A stretch of DNA of 64,000 nucleotides from Candidatus Dojkabacteria bacterium (GTDB lineage: Bacteria > Patescibacteriota > Dojkabacteria > J137): the NCBI GenBank assembly GCA_040006935.1, contig JBDTVZ010000001.1, forward strand, positions 359,772 through 423,771. Reading direction: 5' to 3'. Below, in pieces: positions 1-9,200 of the stretch (within the stretch, counting starts at the first letter, position 1; each line of letters begins with the position of its first letter). The position numbers and the translations under genes are program-made. Under the pieces are notes generated by a model. The model searched no databases. It had not been told where the DNA came from and saw nothing but the letters and a program-made list of their open reading frames with translations.

Positions 1-235
1 GTCTCCTTTTAATATTTTGATTTTATTATCAGTAACTTCTTTTAAGCATAGATACAGCGGAGCATCATATCGTGGATTTTCTATTTTTACCTTAATATCA
101 AGTGTATTCATCTTTCTAAGATAATAAATTAATTACTCATTATAATCCAAAAGTATATAAATTTCTAAATTACAATAAATGCCAGTATGCATTACCTTAC
201 TTGAACATGACACTGTTTTATGATAACATACTAAC

Positions 236-2278
236 ATGGAAAAATTTAATATAGAACAACTTCAAACAGAATCTCCTGCACTTTGGCAAGACATTACACG
301 CGTTTATCCTTTAGAGGTATTACCCGAAACTTTCAATGAGTTAGAGGTACGGTTTTTAAAGATTTTGTATAAAGGAGTTAAATTAGAAACTAGTGGATTG
401 TTCGGAAAAATAGGTAACCTAATGGGAAGTAAAAACCCAACAGAAATGGTTTTAACAGATTCTGAACAAAGAGAAATTATAGAAGTCTGTCATTATATAT
501 TTATCACTACTGAAGGTCACGAATCTCTTAACAAGATATTTAAATTTGTTGAATCTGCAGACAGAACAGTTATTCTAGAGAATTTTATTGAATTTATTTC
601 TAAAAATACTGAGTTTCTTAATCTTGCTATTGATAAAGAATTTTTCAATCCAGAATCAAACTTAACTCCAGATGAAGCTGGGAATAGAAATACAGAATAT
701 TTAGCTTCAGTTGTATATAATGGACTTGAAGGTGATGATAATCCTGTAAAGGATTTCCTAAGAAACACAATAATGGTTAGCTTTGTTAATAGGCTACTTA
801 CAGATTCTGTAGAAAAAGGTTTAGGATTTACTTATGTTTTAAGATTAATGTTCTCTGCTTCTTTTAGAGGAAAACTTAAAAATAAGTGGTACATTATCGA
901 AGCCGTAATTCGACCTTTTCTTGAAAAACACTCGGAAGTAATAATTTCAGAAAATAGAGAATTATTTGAAGGTGCTAAAAGAGGAATTGAAAAATTTAGT
1001 AATTTTAGTATAAATACAAATATTTTTGATACTAAAGATTATGACAAATTTCAAGCAGGTATTGAAAATTTTAAATTAAGCGAAGTACCTCCGGCATTAA
1101 TGGGAATGATTCATAATGTAGAAGTATTAGCTACTCTAAGAGAATACTTTGGTAGAAATTTTCATATTTACGAGGAAATTCTACTGAAATCTGGTTTTGA
1201 TACCGAAGGTTACCCTCAAGATCCAAAATTCACTAGAGACTTTGTTAAAGCTATTCATTTAATATCAAAAATAGCAGATGTGCAAGAATCTCACGGAGTT
1301 CCTACAAATTACCTTCAAGCACTTATTCGAAGAAAAGGATTTTTCTCTTACCTTGATCATATATTAAGAAGTGATGTAACTTTATACAATGAATTTCAAA
1401 AAACAATGTATGACAATGCTCAAGGTTCAGATGCTAAAGCAGCTCTTACAGTTGAGAATGTCACTTACTTCATGTCAAAGTTAGCTGATAAATATAAAAA
1501 AACAGATGCTATTGTTGGAAAAGTTCTAATTAACAAGAGATTAGAGCAAGGTTTGATGAGTACATTATCAGAGGTTATTGCAGTAGGAACAACGCAATTA
1601 GATAAGTTGGAAGATGAGAACAAATTACTATTTAGAAATTTAGACTTACAACAAAGACTTGTATTAACTGCATCTGGTGAGAGATTTACTCTGGATGAAA
1701 ATAATGGGAAAAACATTCAGTTAAAAAAATATGGAATAAAGGACTTAGTTATAAAGAAGACTTTTGATGGATTTAGAATTTTAATAACTCCAATTTCTGA
1801 AGTTAATCTATTCCAAGGTATTAACTTACTTTACAATGTGAAAACAAGAACATTCTCTTTACAAGAAAAAAGTGAAAGATTTAATGCACAATTAACAGAA
1901 TGGCAAAAACTAGGTTTAGAAAACCTTGTTCTTAAACATATTGAATTTGTGGCAAGTGGTAGAGCATTAGGAGATATTTCTATTGACCCAGAAATATTAG
2001 CTTCAGATGATAGAAAGAGTCAAATTATCAAAAGACACGGTTACTGGAGAAGATTAGACAGAACTAAATATCCTTTGAAATCAGCTGGAGCAATTCAACA
2101 TCAAAAAAGCTCTCTAGATGAATATGATGTTGATATTATTGCTTATAACCAAAGAAGATGGGAAGCTCGTTTACAAAACCCAGATGAAATTCTAACTTTT
2201 GTAAAACCTATTGATAAAGAACATTCTCTAGCAACAGAGTGGGACTACTTCGAAGCAAGACAAATGAACGAAATGTAA
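236..2278 (+). CDS. Hypothetical protein (680 aa)
   Basis: Long ORF with no recognised family; basic C-terminal segment HGYWRRL...TFVKP. Confidence 0.8.
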   Translation: MEKFNIEQLQTESPALWQDITRVYPLEVLPETFNELEVRFLKILYKGVKLETSGLFGKIGNLMGSKNPTEMVLTDSEQREIIEVCHYIFITTEGHESLNKIFKFVESADRTVILENFIEFISKNTEFLNLAIDKEFFNPESNLTPDEAGNRNTEYLASVVYNGLEGDDNPVKDFLRNTIMVSFVNRLLTDSVEKGLGFTYVLRLMFSASFRGKLKNKWYIIEAVIRPFLEKHSEVIISENRELFEGAKRGIEKFSNFSINTNIFDTKDYDKFQAGIENFKLSEVPPALMGMIHNVEVLATLREYFGRNFHIYEEILLKSGFDTEGYPQDPKFTRDFVKAIHLISKIADVQESHGVPTNYLQALIRRKGFFSYLDHILRSDVTLYNEFQKTMYDNAQGSDAKAALTVENVTYFMSKLADKYKKTDAIVGKVLINKRLEQGLMSTLSEVIAVGTTQLDKLEDENKLLFRNLDLQQRLVLTASGERFTLDENNGKNIQLKKYGIKDLVIKKTFDGFRILITPISEVNLFQGINLLYNVKTRTFSLQEKSERFNAQLTEWQKLGLENLVLKHIEFVASGRALGDISIDPEILASDDRKSQIIKRHGYWRRLDRTKYPLKSAGAIQHQKSSLDEYDVDIIAYNQRRWEARLQNPDEILTFVKPIDKEHSLATEWDYFEARQMNEM

Positions 2279-2282
2279 TCTG

Positions 2283-2828
2283 TTAATTCTTAACCAATTT
2301 CAAAACAGTATTCCAATTTCTTGTAGTTATCTTTTTTCCATATTCTTTCTCTAAAATCTTCATTGCATCTGTGGTTCCTCTTTCTGGAGAAAGCGTTAGT
2401 ACACTACAAACCTCTGTTGATGTGACTCTTATAATTTTAAAATCTTTTTCTGGAGATTCATATGGAATTGAAAGATTGCTTTTTGGCTTATCACTTAAGA
2501 AAGAAACGTAAAGTCGAGTTTCGTTTATAACTTTAATATCTTTAAAGGGGTCTGAATTTATAAGTCTTTGAATATCTTTTTGAGTTCGAAGTAAAACTGG
2601 AACATTAAATCCAAATTGTTTTAAAAGTTTTCGTTCAATTGAATTCGCAATATCTTCCTCGTCCATTGTTACATTATCAAAAACAACATTTCCACTTGCT
2701 AGGATTGTGTTTACATTAATAAAACCTTGAGCTTTAAAAGCTGCAATTAAATCCCTCATCCGGATTGTATGCCCTCCAACGTTAATTCCACGAAGTAGAG
2801 CAATGTAGGTTGTAGAAGGATTAGTCAT
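2283..2828 (-). CDS. DUF1697 family protein
   Basis: N-terminal YIALLRGINVGG, SGNVVF and C-terminal TTRNWNTV motifs typical of DUF1697. Confidence 0.9.
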   Translation of the reverse strand: MTNPSTTYIALLRGINVGGHTIRMRDLIAAFKAQGFINVNTILASGNVVFDNVTMDEEDIANSIERKLLKQFGFNVPVLLRTQKDIQRLINSDPFKDIKVINETRLYVSFLSDKPKSNLSIPYESPEKDFKIIRVTSTEVCSVLTLSPERGTTDAMKILEKEYGKKITTRNWNTVLKLVKN

Positions 2829-3324
2829 TTAAGTATTTTTCATCAAAGACTTTAGTAGAACTCCTAAAAGAATCATGCAGATTTTCTATCCCTATATTTT
2901 TATCTTCTTCATTTTGTGGAGTATCAGAATATTTACTCTCAATAATCCTTGGATAGTTTATTTCTAGTTTAGATTTATATGTTTGCAACGTTTCAGTAGT
3001 TAAATCAAGGAAATACTGTGACTCAATCGATGGGGATTTTATCTTAGCTAATAGTTCAAGACTACGATTGGATTCCTCCTTACATAAATTCAATCTATCC
3101 TCAATAATTTCTCTTTTAGGAGGGGATGAAATTAATCTGGATAGTTCGTAGATACAGTTATAAGTGCTGTTTTCATAACCTACGACGGTATTTCTGAATA
3201 CACGCATATTTGCTTTAGGTCCAATCAGATCAGCGGAATAGAGTAAAACAAAGACAATTACCCCACAACATAAGATAGAAGTTGCAAATAATGAACATAA
3301 ACCTAAGATTACCTTTTTATTCAT
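2821..3324 (-). CDS. Hypothetical membrane-anchored protein (167 aa)
   Basis: Start moved to MNKKVILG (ATG at 3324) because the longer ORF runs through tRNA-Ser; N-terminal hydrophobic helix containing CC. Confidence 0.75.
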   Translation of the reverse strand: MNKKVILGLCSLFATSILCCGVIVFVLLYSADLIGPKANMRVFRNTVVGYENSTYNCIYELSRLISSPPKREIIEDRLNLCKEESNRSLELLAKIKSPSIESQYFLDLTTETLQTYKSKLEINYPRIIESKYSDTPQNEEDKNIGIENLHDSFRSSTKVFDEKYLND

Positions 3325-3341
3325 TTGTTTATTATAAAATA

Positions 3342-3427
3342 CGGAGAGAGGGGGATTCGAACCCCCGCTGGATTGCTCCACTAACACGCTAGCAGTGTGT
3401 CCCCTTGAGCCACTTGGGTACCTCTCC
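3342..3427 (-). tRNA. tRNA-Ser(GCT)
   Basis: GGAGAGG..CTCTCC acceptor stem, anticodon loop CTGCTAG, long variable arm, GGTTCGAATCC T-arm; CCA not encoded. Confidence 0.95.
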
Positions 3428-3583
3428 AAATCAATTAAAATTTAAAAGAATTTCAATTAAAAGTGAATAGCAACTATTGAGATTCTTCTTTTAATTTTTA
3501 ATTCTTAATTTATAATTGTTAGGATTATACCAGCTATCACATAGCTATTCCAAGACTAAATATAGAAATCATGTGTTAAAATT

Positions 3584-3663
3584 GCTAGGAAAAACGATGA
3601 GAATTAAAAGTCCGAAGAGATTTTTCCTGTACTCCTGTGGAGAGCTAGGAAAAACGATGAGAA
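3584..3663. repeat. 20-bp direct repeat GCTAGGAAAAACGATGAGAA x2 (60-bp period)
   Basis: Exact copies at 3584-3603 and 3644-3663. Confidence 0.9.
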
Positions 3664-3750
3664 CCGAAGGTTAAATAACTTTTCTCATTATCTTGAAGAT
3701 TAGATAGATTAGACAAGAGTTATTCTTCTCTTAATTATTAATTGATTTAT

Positions 3751-4314
3751 ATGGAACAGCACTTAAAATTAAAAATAGATAACCATATTCCTCACCTTTT
3801 CTTTACTCCTAAAGATGGAGAAGAGAAAAAACTAACTCAAAAAAAAGAGGATATTTCAAAAGTTATTTTAAATATTGGAGAGAATTTTAACTTAATAGAG
3901 AAAGATTTGGACGAAGATGTTCAAGTAAATAAGCTAGTGCAATTAGCAAACGAGGCAGATCCTGATTATTTAGAAAGCATGCCTTCAGATATTGATACCG
4001 AAAGTTTAGAATTTGAATTAGAAGATATTATTCAAAAAATGATACTCGAAGCTAAGGGTATTGAAAAAGAATATTCTGATGTAGATGACATGACTCAAGA
4101 ACTTAGAGATGAGATTGATAGAAATCAAAGCATGGATATTATGGCTGGATTATTAGATACGGTCTATAAAGTCATAGTTGCGAAAACACTACTTGCAGCA
4201 TACGAATTGGAAATTGATAAAGTTCATTTTGTATCTTCGAATAATTATCCTAGACTTACAGAAAAATTAGGAGAAGAACTAGATAGATTAGGAATTGAGC
4301 TGTATTTAGATTAA
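3751..4314 (+). CDS. Acidic protein resembling a degenerate TsaD/Kae1 second ASKHA domain
   Basis: By-eye collinearity with the TsaD C-terminal half ([33 protein letters not shown] ~ [32 protein letters not shown]); catalytic motifs absent; ATG at 3751. Confidence 0.5.
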   Translation: [187 protein letters not shown]

Positions 4315-4420
4315 TTAATAGAAATCATTTAAAAATTAAAAGAGAATAGCAATTAGTAAATGAGATTTTTCTTTTAATTGTTATCTTTTAATTTTTAATT
4401 ATCTTATTACTACTTTAATA

Positions 4421-4996
4421 ATGCTTATACTCCTTGCACTTTTTATCATTTATATTCTTTCATCTATCTATTTCTATGGAAAGAATCGGACAAAATACGA
4501 ATACAGATCTTCAAACATATTAGAAAAAGTAGCTGATTTACTACTAATTCCTTTAATGGAACTAATTGCTACTGGAAAAGATAGTCATTGGTGGGATTAC
4601 GAGTTTATAGATATCAAAAATATTGATGTAAAAGCACTTATAATCGATACTGGTAAACCTCAAAAAAGATTGTTCAAAAAGAGTAAATTATTTGGTCAAT
4701 ATAATTTATCCGGAATTCACGATCTTTACCTGACGTTACGCGTGCTGAACGAACTTGCAGTTGTTGAACCTGTTAATTATGGAGGTGAATGGAGCTTAGT
4801 TATAAAAGGCCAGCATAAGTTTGAAGATAATGACGAAACCTTGATTGCCTGTAAATTTACAACTAAAGGAAAAGTGCAGACTTTACTGGACGGAAAAAGA
4901 TCTTATTACGGATTAACAAAGGATAATAAGTTTATTGAAATTAAATTAGTAGAAATTTGCGATAGGAATAAACATAAAGACATTTTATTCGTTTGA
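4421..4996 (+). CDS. Hypothetical protein with N-terminal membrane anchor
   Basis: 191-aa ORF with hydrophobic N-terminus. Confidence 0.75.
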   Translation: MLILLALFIIYILSSIYFYGKNRTKYEYRSSNILEKVADLLLIPLMELIATGKDSHWWDYEFIDIKNIDVKALIIDTGKPQKRLFKKSKLFGQYNLSGIHDLYLTLRVLNELAVVEPVNYGGEWSLVIKGQHKFEDNDETLIACKFTTKGKVQTLLDGKRSYYGLTKDNKFIEIKLVEICDRNKHKDILFV

Positions 4997-5020
4997 GATT
5001 CATCTTTTAATTGAATCCTT

Positions 5021-5944
5021 TTAATTTTTAATTATTGAACAAATCCCATAACTTCCATCGTTATAAACAAGTTCGGCCTTTAGATCTAGTTTTGTAGCAA
5101 TTGCAGAAAATTCTTCGAAACCAGAAAGCTTTGAAAAATAGGGCAAATCAGTTTCCCCTGTTTTTAAACTTTTCCATTCCTGCTTTACAACTGGTGAAAT
5201 TCTAAAACAACAAAGTATTGTTCCCTTTTTATGGAGAATCTCTGAAAGTTTATTCATGAACTTTATCTCGGAATCTATAGGAACATAATTCCAAAACGCA
5301 TCTATGATGATAGTTTCGAAATAATCTTCTTTATACTTTGTTTTTAATATATCTGTAGTTTTAAAGCTAATTTTTTTATGATTCTCTAAAAATGGCAACT
5401 CGAGTTTGTTATTTACCTCTTTACTTAAATCGTGATAATGAACTTTCTTATACCTTTCGACTAACTGTGCAAGCAATTCAGGCGACGGAGTAGAGAGAAC
5501 TAAAGCTTTTCCACTTTTTGACCCTTTTGCATTCTGTAAAAAGAAATTTATTATTTCCTTCTTACCTTCAGAATAGGTCTTAATTTGAGCTCCAAAGGTC
5601 CTATTTCGAAAGATTTTCATCTTTTTGAGGATAAACTCGTAGTCAAAATTTTGATTGTCTCTGTAACGCTGTAATTCCAAACGCAAATTTTTCAATTTCC
5701 ACATAAACGCTTTACCTTTATTTTCAGTTGTTGAATCTATTGCAAAAGAATATGCTCTCTCAACTAAAGATCTCTCTAAATTCCTTGCAATTCGCATGTA
5801 TAATTTTAAATTAACAAGATCATTTAAATCTGCTGCGAGTTTGTATGCGAAAGCCTGAAATTCATGCCGAGCATGCTTTTTAGCTTCTTCAGGTTTAAGA
5901 AGATTATATTTTGAAAGAATATCTTTTGATGTAGTTATTGCCAT
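5021..5944 (-). CDS. Two-domain protein: small helical N-domain plus degenerate class I SAM-methyltransferase-like fold
   Basis: KALVLS..., HYHDLS, DYFETII, LHKKGTILC follow Rossmann MTase order, but the GxG motif I is missing. Confidence 0.55.
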   Translation of the reverse strand: MAITTSKDILSKYNLLKPEEAKKHARHEFQAFAYKLAADLNDLVNLKLYMRIARNLERSLVERAYSFAIDSTTENKGKAFMWKLKNLRLELQRYRDNQNFDYEFILKKMKIFRNRTFGAQIKTYSEGKKEIINFFLQNAKGSKSGKALVLSTPSPELLAQLVERYKKVHYHDLSKEVNNKLELPFLENHKKISFKTTDILKTKYKEDYFETIIIDAFWNYVPIDSEIKFMNKLSEILHKKGTILCCFRISPVVKQEWKSLKTGETDLPYFSKLSGFEEFSAIATKLDLKAELVYNDGSYGICSIIKN

Positions 5945-5996
5945 AGAATTTGGAGTTGAAATTGCAGATAATCATAGCAAAAAGAAATTATTATTT

Positions 5997-6054
5997 GTGT
6001 CATTTCGAGCGAACTAAGTGAGTCGAGACCCTTCGACTCCGCTCAGTGTGACAC
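5997..6054. repeat. REP-like palindrome (GTCATTTCGAGCG...GCTCAGTGTGAC family)
   Basis: Imperfect hairpin; relatives at 18019-18058, 39467-39590 and 45896-45929. Confidence 0.75.
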
Positions 6055-6099
6055 AATGTTTATATAAGCCCGTGAGATTCAGTAGGCAGTGCCTATTCC

Positions 6100-6202
6100 T
6101 TGAGATTCGCAGTGGACGCATTTACGATTGGGATATGTGAATCGTAGGGGACGCATTTAAGATTGAAATATGAGATTCGTAGGGGACGCATTTATGCGTC
6201 CC
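6100..6202 (+). repeat. 35-bp tandem triplication of a REP left half
   Basis: TGAGATTCGTAGGGGACGCATTTA-like units at about 6100, 6136 and 6171; only the last completes the hairpin. Confidence 0.85.
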
Positions 6203-6277
6203 TCATTGAATGCCAGGATCAAAGAGCAATCCAACTTCATGCGGTAATGAACTGCCAGGAGAGAGGATGAGGTGGTA
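6179..6277 (+). repeat. ~100-bp composite REP-headed element, copy 1
   Basis: GTAG-GGGACGCATTTATGCGTCCC + TGCCAGGATCAAAGAG..AACTGCCAGGAGAG..GATGAGGTGGTA; matches 16203, 27959, 30147, 39608 and 41919. Confidence 0.9.
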
Positions 6278-6303
6278 TTATAAAATATTATTAAATTAAT
6301 CAC

Positions 6304-6771
6304 ATGCAGGAATCTAAATTCTATAGAACAAATATTTTACCTTCACTACCTATCCATCAAATATATATTTGGTTTGTAACATCCGACAACAAGATGGTTT
6401 TGGTTAAAACCAAAAGTGGAAGTTATCAATTACCTGGAGGAAAGCCTCTCTTAAACGAAACGAAAGAAGACACATTAAGTAGAGAATTATTTGAGGAATC
6501 AGGAATTAAAATAGAAAATATGAAACCTCAATTATTTGGTTATTACTTAGTAAAGAACGACCCATATTGGCCTGAACCTGAGTATCTGCAATTAAGATAT
6601 TTCTTCAAATCTAATAGAAATTCCACTGATTTCACCTTAGAAACTAATGAACCTGATGATAACGATAAAATTGTTAAAGCAGAATTTATAAATGCATCTC
6701 AGATTTTCGATTACATAACTTGGATGAAGGTTGAACCTGATGAATACAATGCTTTCTCATCTATGATATAA
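6304..6771 (+). CDS. NUDIX hydrolase
   Basis: Nudix box PGGKPLLNETKEDTLSRELFEESG. Confidence 0.9.
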   Translation: MQESKFYRTNILPSLPIHQIYIWFVTSDNKMVLVKTKSGSYQLPGGKPLLNETKEDTLSRELFEESGIKIENMKPQLFGYYLVKNDPYWPEPEYLQLRYFFKSNRNSTDFTLETNEPDDNDKIVKAEFINASQIFDYITWMKVEPDEYNAFSSMI

Positions 6772-6812
6772 GCCTGAGTTACTATACGGTTCAGCATTTG
6801 ATCGAGGTTGTG

Positions 6813-8318
6813 TTACAACCTATTCAATAACCTCACCAACTCTTCCTCAACACCAGTAAGCTTATAGGAGCTGAAGAACACAATAATTAACTTTTCCTTT
6901 CTTTTTTTAATTTCTGATTTTAAGAAACTAACTAATTCTGTATTCTCAATATGTACAGTATTTATACTCATTTTCACAAGCCTTTCTACCATGTCATTTG
7001 TTGAAACTAAACCAGGAGTAACTTCAGATAAATCTGGAATAATTACCAAATCTGATAGAGCAAAGCTGTCCGAATAAGCTTTTCTGAAAATTTCTAAATC
7101 ATTCGGACGTGAACCTGCATTTGGTTCGAAGATAGATATGATTTTATGCTCAGGATATTTTTCGTGAATTGTCTCTAATGAATTTTGAGCTCTATCTGGT
7201 GCAATTCCAAAGTCATCAATTACAATTAGATCCTCAAATTTATAAATATGTTCCAGTCTTTTTTTAACTCCATGGAATTCTGAAATATATTTACTTAGGT
7301 CTTTTAATGTTTGCGTTCCTTTTTCAACTAAGCTTTGAGGTAATCTATGGGCAGGTAAACTACATATCAAAATTACAGCTGCAAGTATGTTTTCAAGGTT
7401 ATAAGAACCTAAAAGCTCAGTTTTAAATCTTAAAATCTCAGACCCCTTCTCATTGCAGATCAAGTTTTCATCACCTTCTGAAGCTACGCTCCAACCTTCA
7501 TTCTTTAATTCCTTCATTTCTTCATTAAACTTGTATCTAATTACCTTACATTTCGCTGATTTTAGAACTTTATCAATATTTTTATCTCCTGATTTTGCAA
7601 TAATTACTCCGTCTTCAGGAACTAATTCCACAGCTTTTCTAAATTCTTCTACATAAAGTTCTTCTGTTGGGAAAATATCAAAGTGCTCCCAAGTTATTTT
7701 TGTGATGATTAGGTATTTTGGTTTATATTCTAGAAATTTTGCTTTTCCTTCAATTTCCTTATCGGGATTGTGATATTCATCACCTTCAATTACAGACCAT
7801 TTAGAATCTGTGATTTTTAATGAATCCTCAATATCTACAACGTCAGCACCAATCATGTAACTTGGATTTAACCCTAGTTTTTGGGAAAGGAAGGTAATTA
7901 GAGCTGTTGTTGTTGTTTTTCCAGCAGTACCAATTACGACTATAGACTCATCTTTGATTAAATACTCTTTTAGAATTCTAGAATATGGACGGATATCCAA
8001 ACCTTTTTTCTTTGCATAAAGATATTCTTTATTTTTAGTAGGCAAATGACTGATGAATAAGATCAAGTCAGGATCATTTGGAATTTTGACATTTGATATT
8101 TGATATTTGTCATTATTTAACCAGAAACTCTTAGTCAAATGTTCGAAATCAAAACCCACAACTGTATTAATTTTATTTTCTACTAATAAATCTGAAGCAG
8201 GCGGAAGATATTGATTATCTGAACCTGTAACAAACCAGCCCATGTTTTGGAATTCTTTTGCTATATTCGCAGTTGTTTTACCGCAAACACCGATTATATG
8301 TAGCCATTTTTTTTGCAT
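6813..8318 (-). CDS. Mur ligase, MurC/Mpl-like (UDP-N-acetylmuramate:amino acid/peptide ligase)
   Basis: HIIGVCG, VTGSD, GTAGKTTT P-loop, EGDEY, GVKKRLE, DDF; likely start MQKK. Confidence 0.85.
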   Translation of the reverse strand: MQKKWLHIIGVCGKTTANIAKEFQNMGWFVTGSDNQYLPPASDLLVENKINTVVGFDFEHLTKSFWLNNDKYQISNVKIPNDPDLILFISHLPTKNKEYLYAKKKGLDIRPYSRILKEYLIKDESIVVIGTAGKTTTTALITFLSQKLGLNPSYMIGADVVDIEDSLKITDSKWSVIEGDEYHNPDKEIEGKAKFLEYKPKYLIITKITWEHFDIFPTEELYVEEFRKAVELVPEDGVIIAKSGDKNIDKVLKSAKCKVIRYKFNEEMKELKNEGWSVASEGDENLICNEKGSEILRFKTELLGSYNLENILAAVILICSLPAHRLPQSLVEKGTQTLKDLSKYISEFHGVKKRLEHIYKFEDLIVIDDFGIAPDRAQNSLETIHEKYPEHKIISIFEPNAGSRPNDLEIFRKAYSDSFALSDLVIIPDLSEVTPGLVSTNDMVERLVKMSINTVHIENTELVSFLKSEIKKRKEKLIIVFFSSYKLTGVEEELVRLLNRL

Positions 8319-8514
8319 AAATTTATTATTTAAGTACATAATTTTAGAATATTAAATGAGATAAAGGAAGCTAAGAAATGTTAGCTAAATTAACCAAAAA
8401 ATATCTTTACAGTTAATAGTTTCGAGACCATACCCTATAGTTATTAAGTAAATGCCTTTTAATCCGTGGAAACTCATTCTGAATTCATTAGTGTTGTGGA
8501 ACAAAAAATATGAG

Positions 8515-8568
8515 TTGACACCACAACAGGTTGTGTTTATTCTAGAGTTACAACACAATAAGTTGTGA
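8515..8568 (+). promoter_or_regulatory. Sigma70 promoter overlapped by tandem NrdR boxes
   Basis: TTGACA (8515) N17 TATTCT (8538); boxes ccACAACAGGTTGTgt 8521-8536 and acACAATAAGTTGTga 8553-8568, 32 bp apart, upstream of nrdR-nrdJ. Confidence 0.9.
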
Positions 8569-8635
8569 TGTCGAGTTAAAAGTAAGGAAATGAAATTAAA
8601 AGCATTATTGGGTTTGATTTGAGATTCATCTTTTA

Positions 8636-8657
8636 ACCTGCCTGCCGGTAGGCAGGT
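8636..8657. repeat. REP-like hairpin ACCTGCCTGCCGGTAGGCAGGT
   Basis: Family members at 16081-16122, 18097-18150, 28083-28108, 59035-59062 and about 62495-62512. Confidence 0.8.
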
Positions 8658-8680
8658 TCTTAATTCTTAATTGATTTGTA

Positions 8681-9133
8681 GTGGTTTGTCCTTATTGTAA
8701 GAATGAAGATTTGAGAGTTGTAGATAAACGTGAGTGCGGAGAGTCTTCTATACGAAGAAGAAGAGAATGTGAGAAATGTGGCAAAAGATTTACAAGTTAC
8801 GAACGAATAGAAAAAGTGACTTTAAATGTTTTGAAGAGAGATGGAAGAATAGAAGAATTTGATAGAGAGAAATTAAAGCGAGGAGTTGTAAAAGCAGTAA
8901 AGAAAAGATATATCGCTGATGATGTTTTAGAAAGTATGATTACAGAGATTGAGCATAATTTGATGAATAGAGAAGAGCAAACAATCAAATCTGTAGAAGT
9001 AGGAGAGTTAGTTTTAAAGCATTTAACAAAAATTGATAAACTGGGAGCGTTATTATTTGCATCTGTTTATAAGGAATTTCAGAGTTTGGAGGACGTGCAA
9101 AAAGAAATGGAACGTATTTCAAAGAAAAAATAA
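8681..9133 (+). CDS. nrdR: Transcriptional repressor NrdR
   Basis: CPYC..IRRRRECEKCGKRFTSYE Zn ribbon plus ATP-cone (VLKRDGRIEEFDREK). Confidence 0.97.
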   Translation: MVCPYCKNEDLRVVDKRECGESSIRRRRECEKCGKRFTSYERIEKVTLNVLKRDGRIEEFDREKLKRGVVKAVKKRYIADDVLESMITEIEHNLMNREEQTIKSVEVGELVLKHLTKIDKLGALLFASVYKEFQSLEDVQKEMERISKKK

Positions 9134-9200
9134 GTTAAAAATCACAACATTTATGTGTATGTACTTTTAGCCCCTTTTTACTATTTATTATCTTTATAAA

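Noticed and set aside
3325-3429. N-terminal extension of ORF 2821-3429
   Set aside because: It is the translated tRNA-Ser sequence; the real start is ATG 3324
3584-3692. Mini-CRISPR or glycine riboswitch (GGAGAG..CCGAAG..CTCA)
   Set aside because: Only two repeats; the P2 stem and the conserved CUCUCAGG are missing
6072-6202. Possible CRISPR array (35-bp periodicity)
   Set aside because: Units are adjacent REP fragments without unique spacers; no cas genes in the window
9142-9158. Third NrdR box between nrdR and nrdJ
   Set aside because: The CACAA..TGTG core is 15 bp rather than 14 and has no partner box
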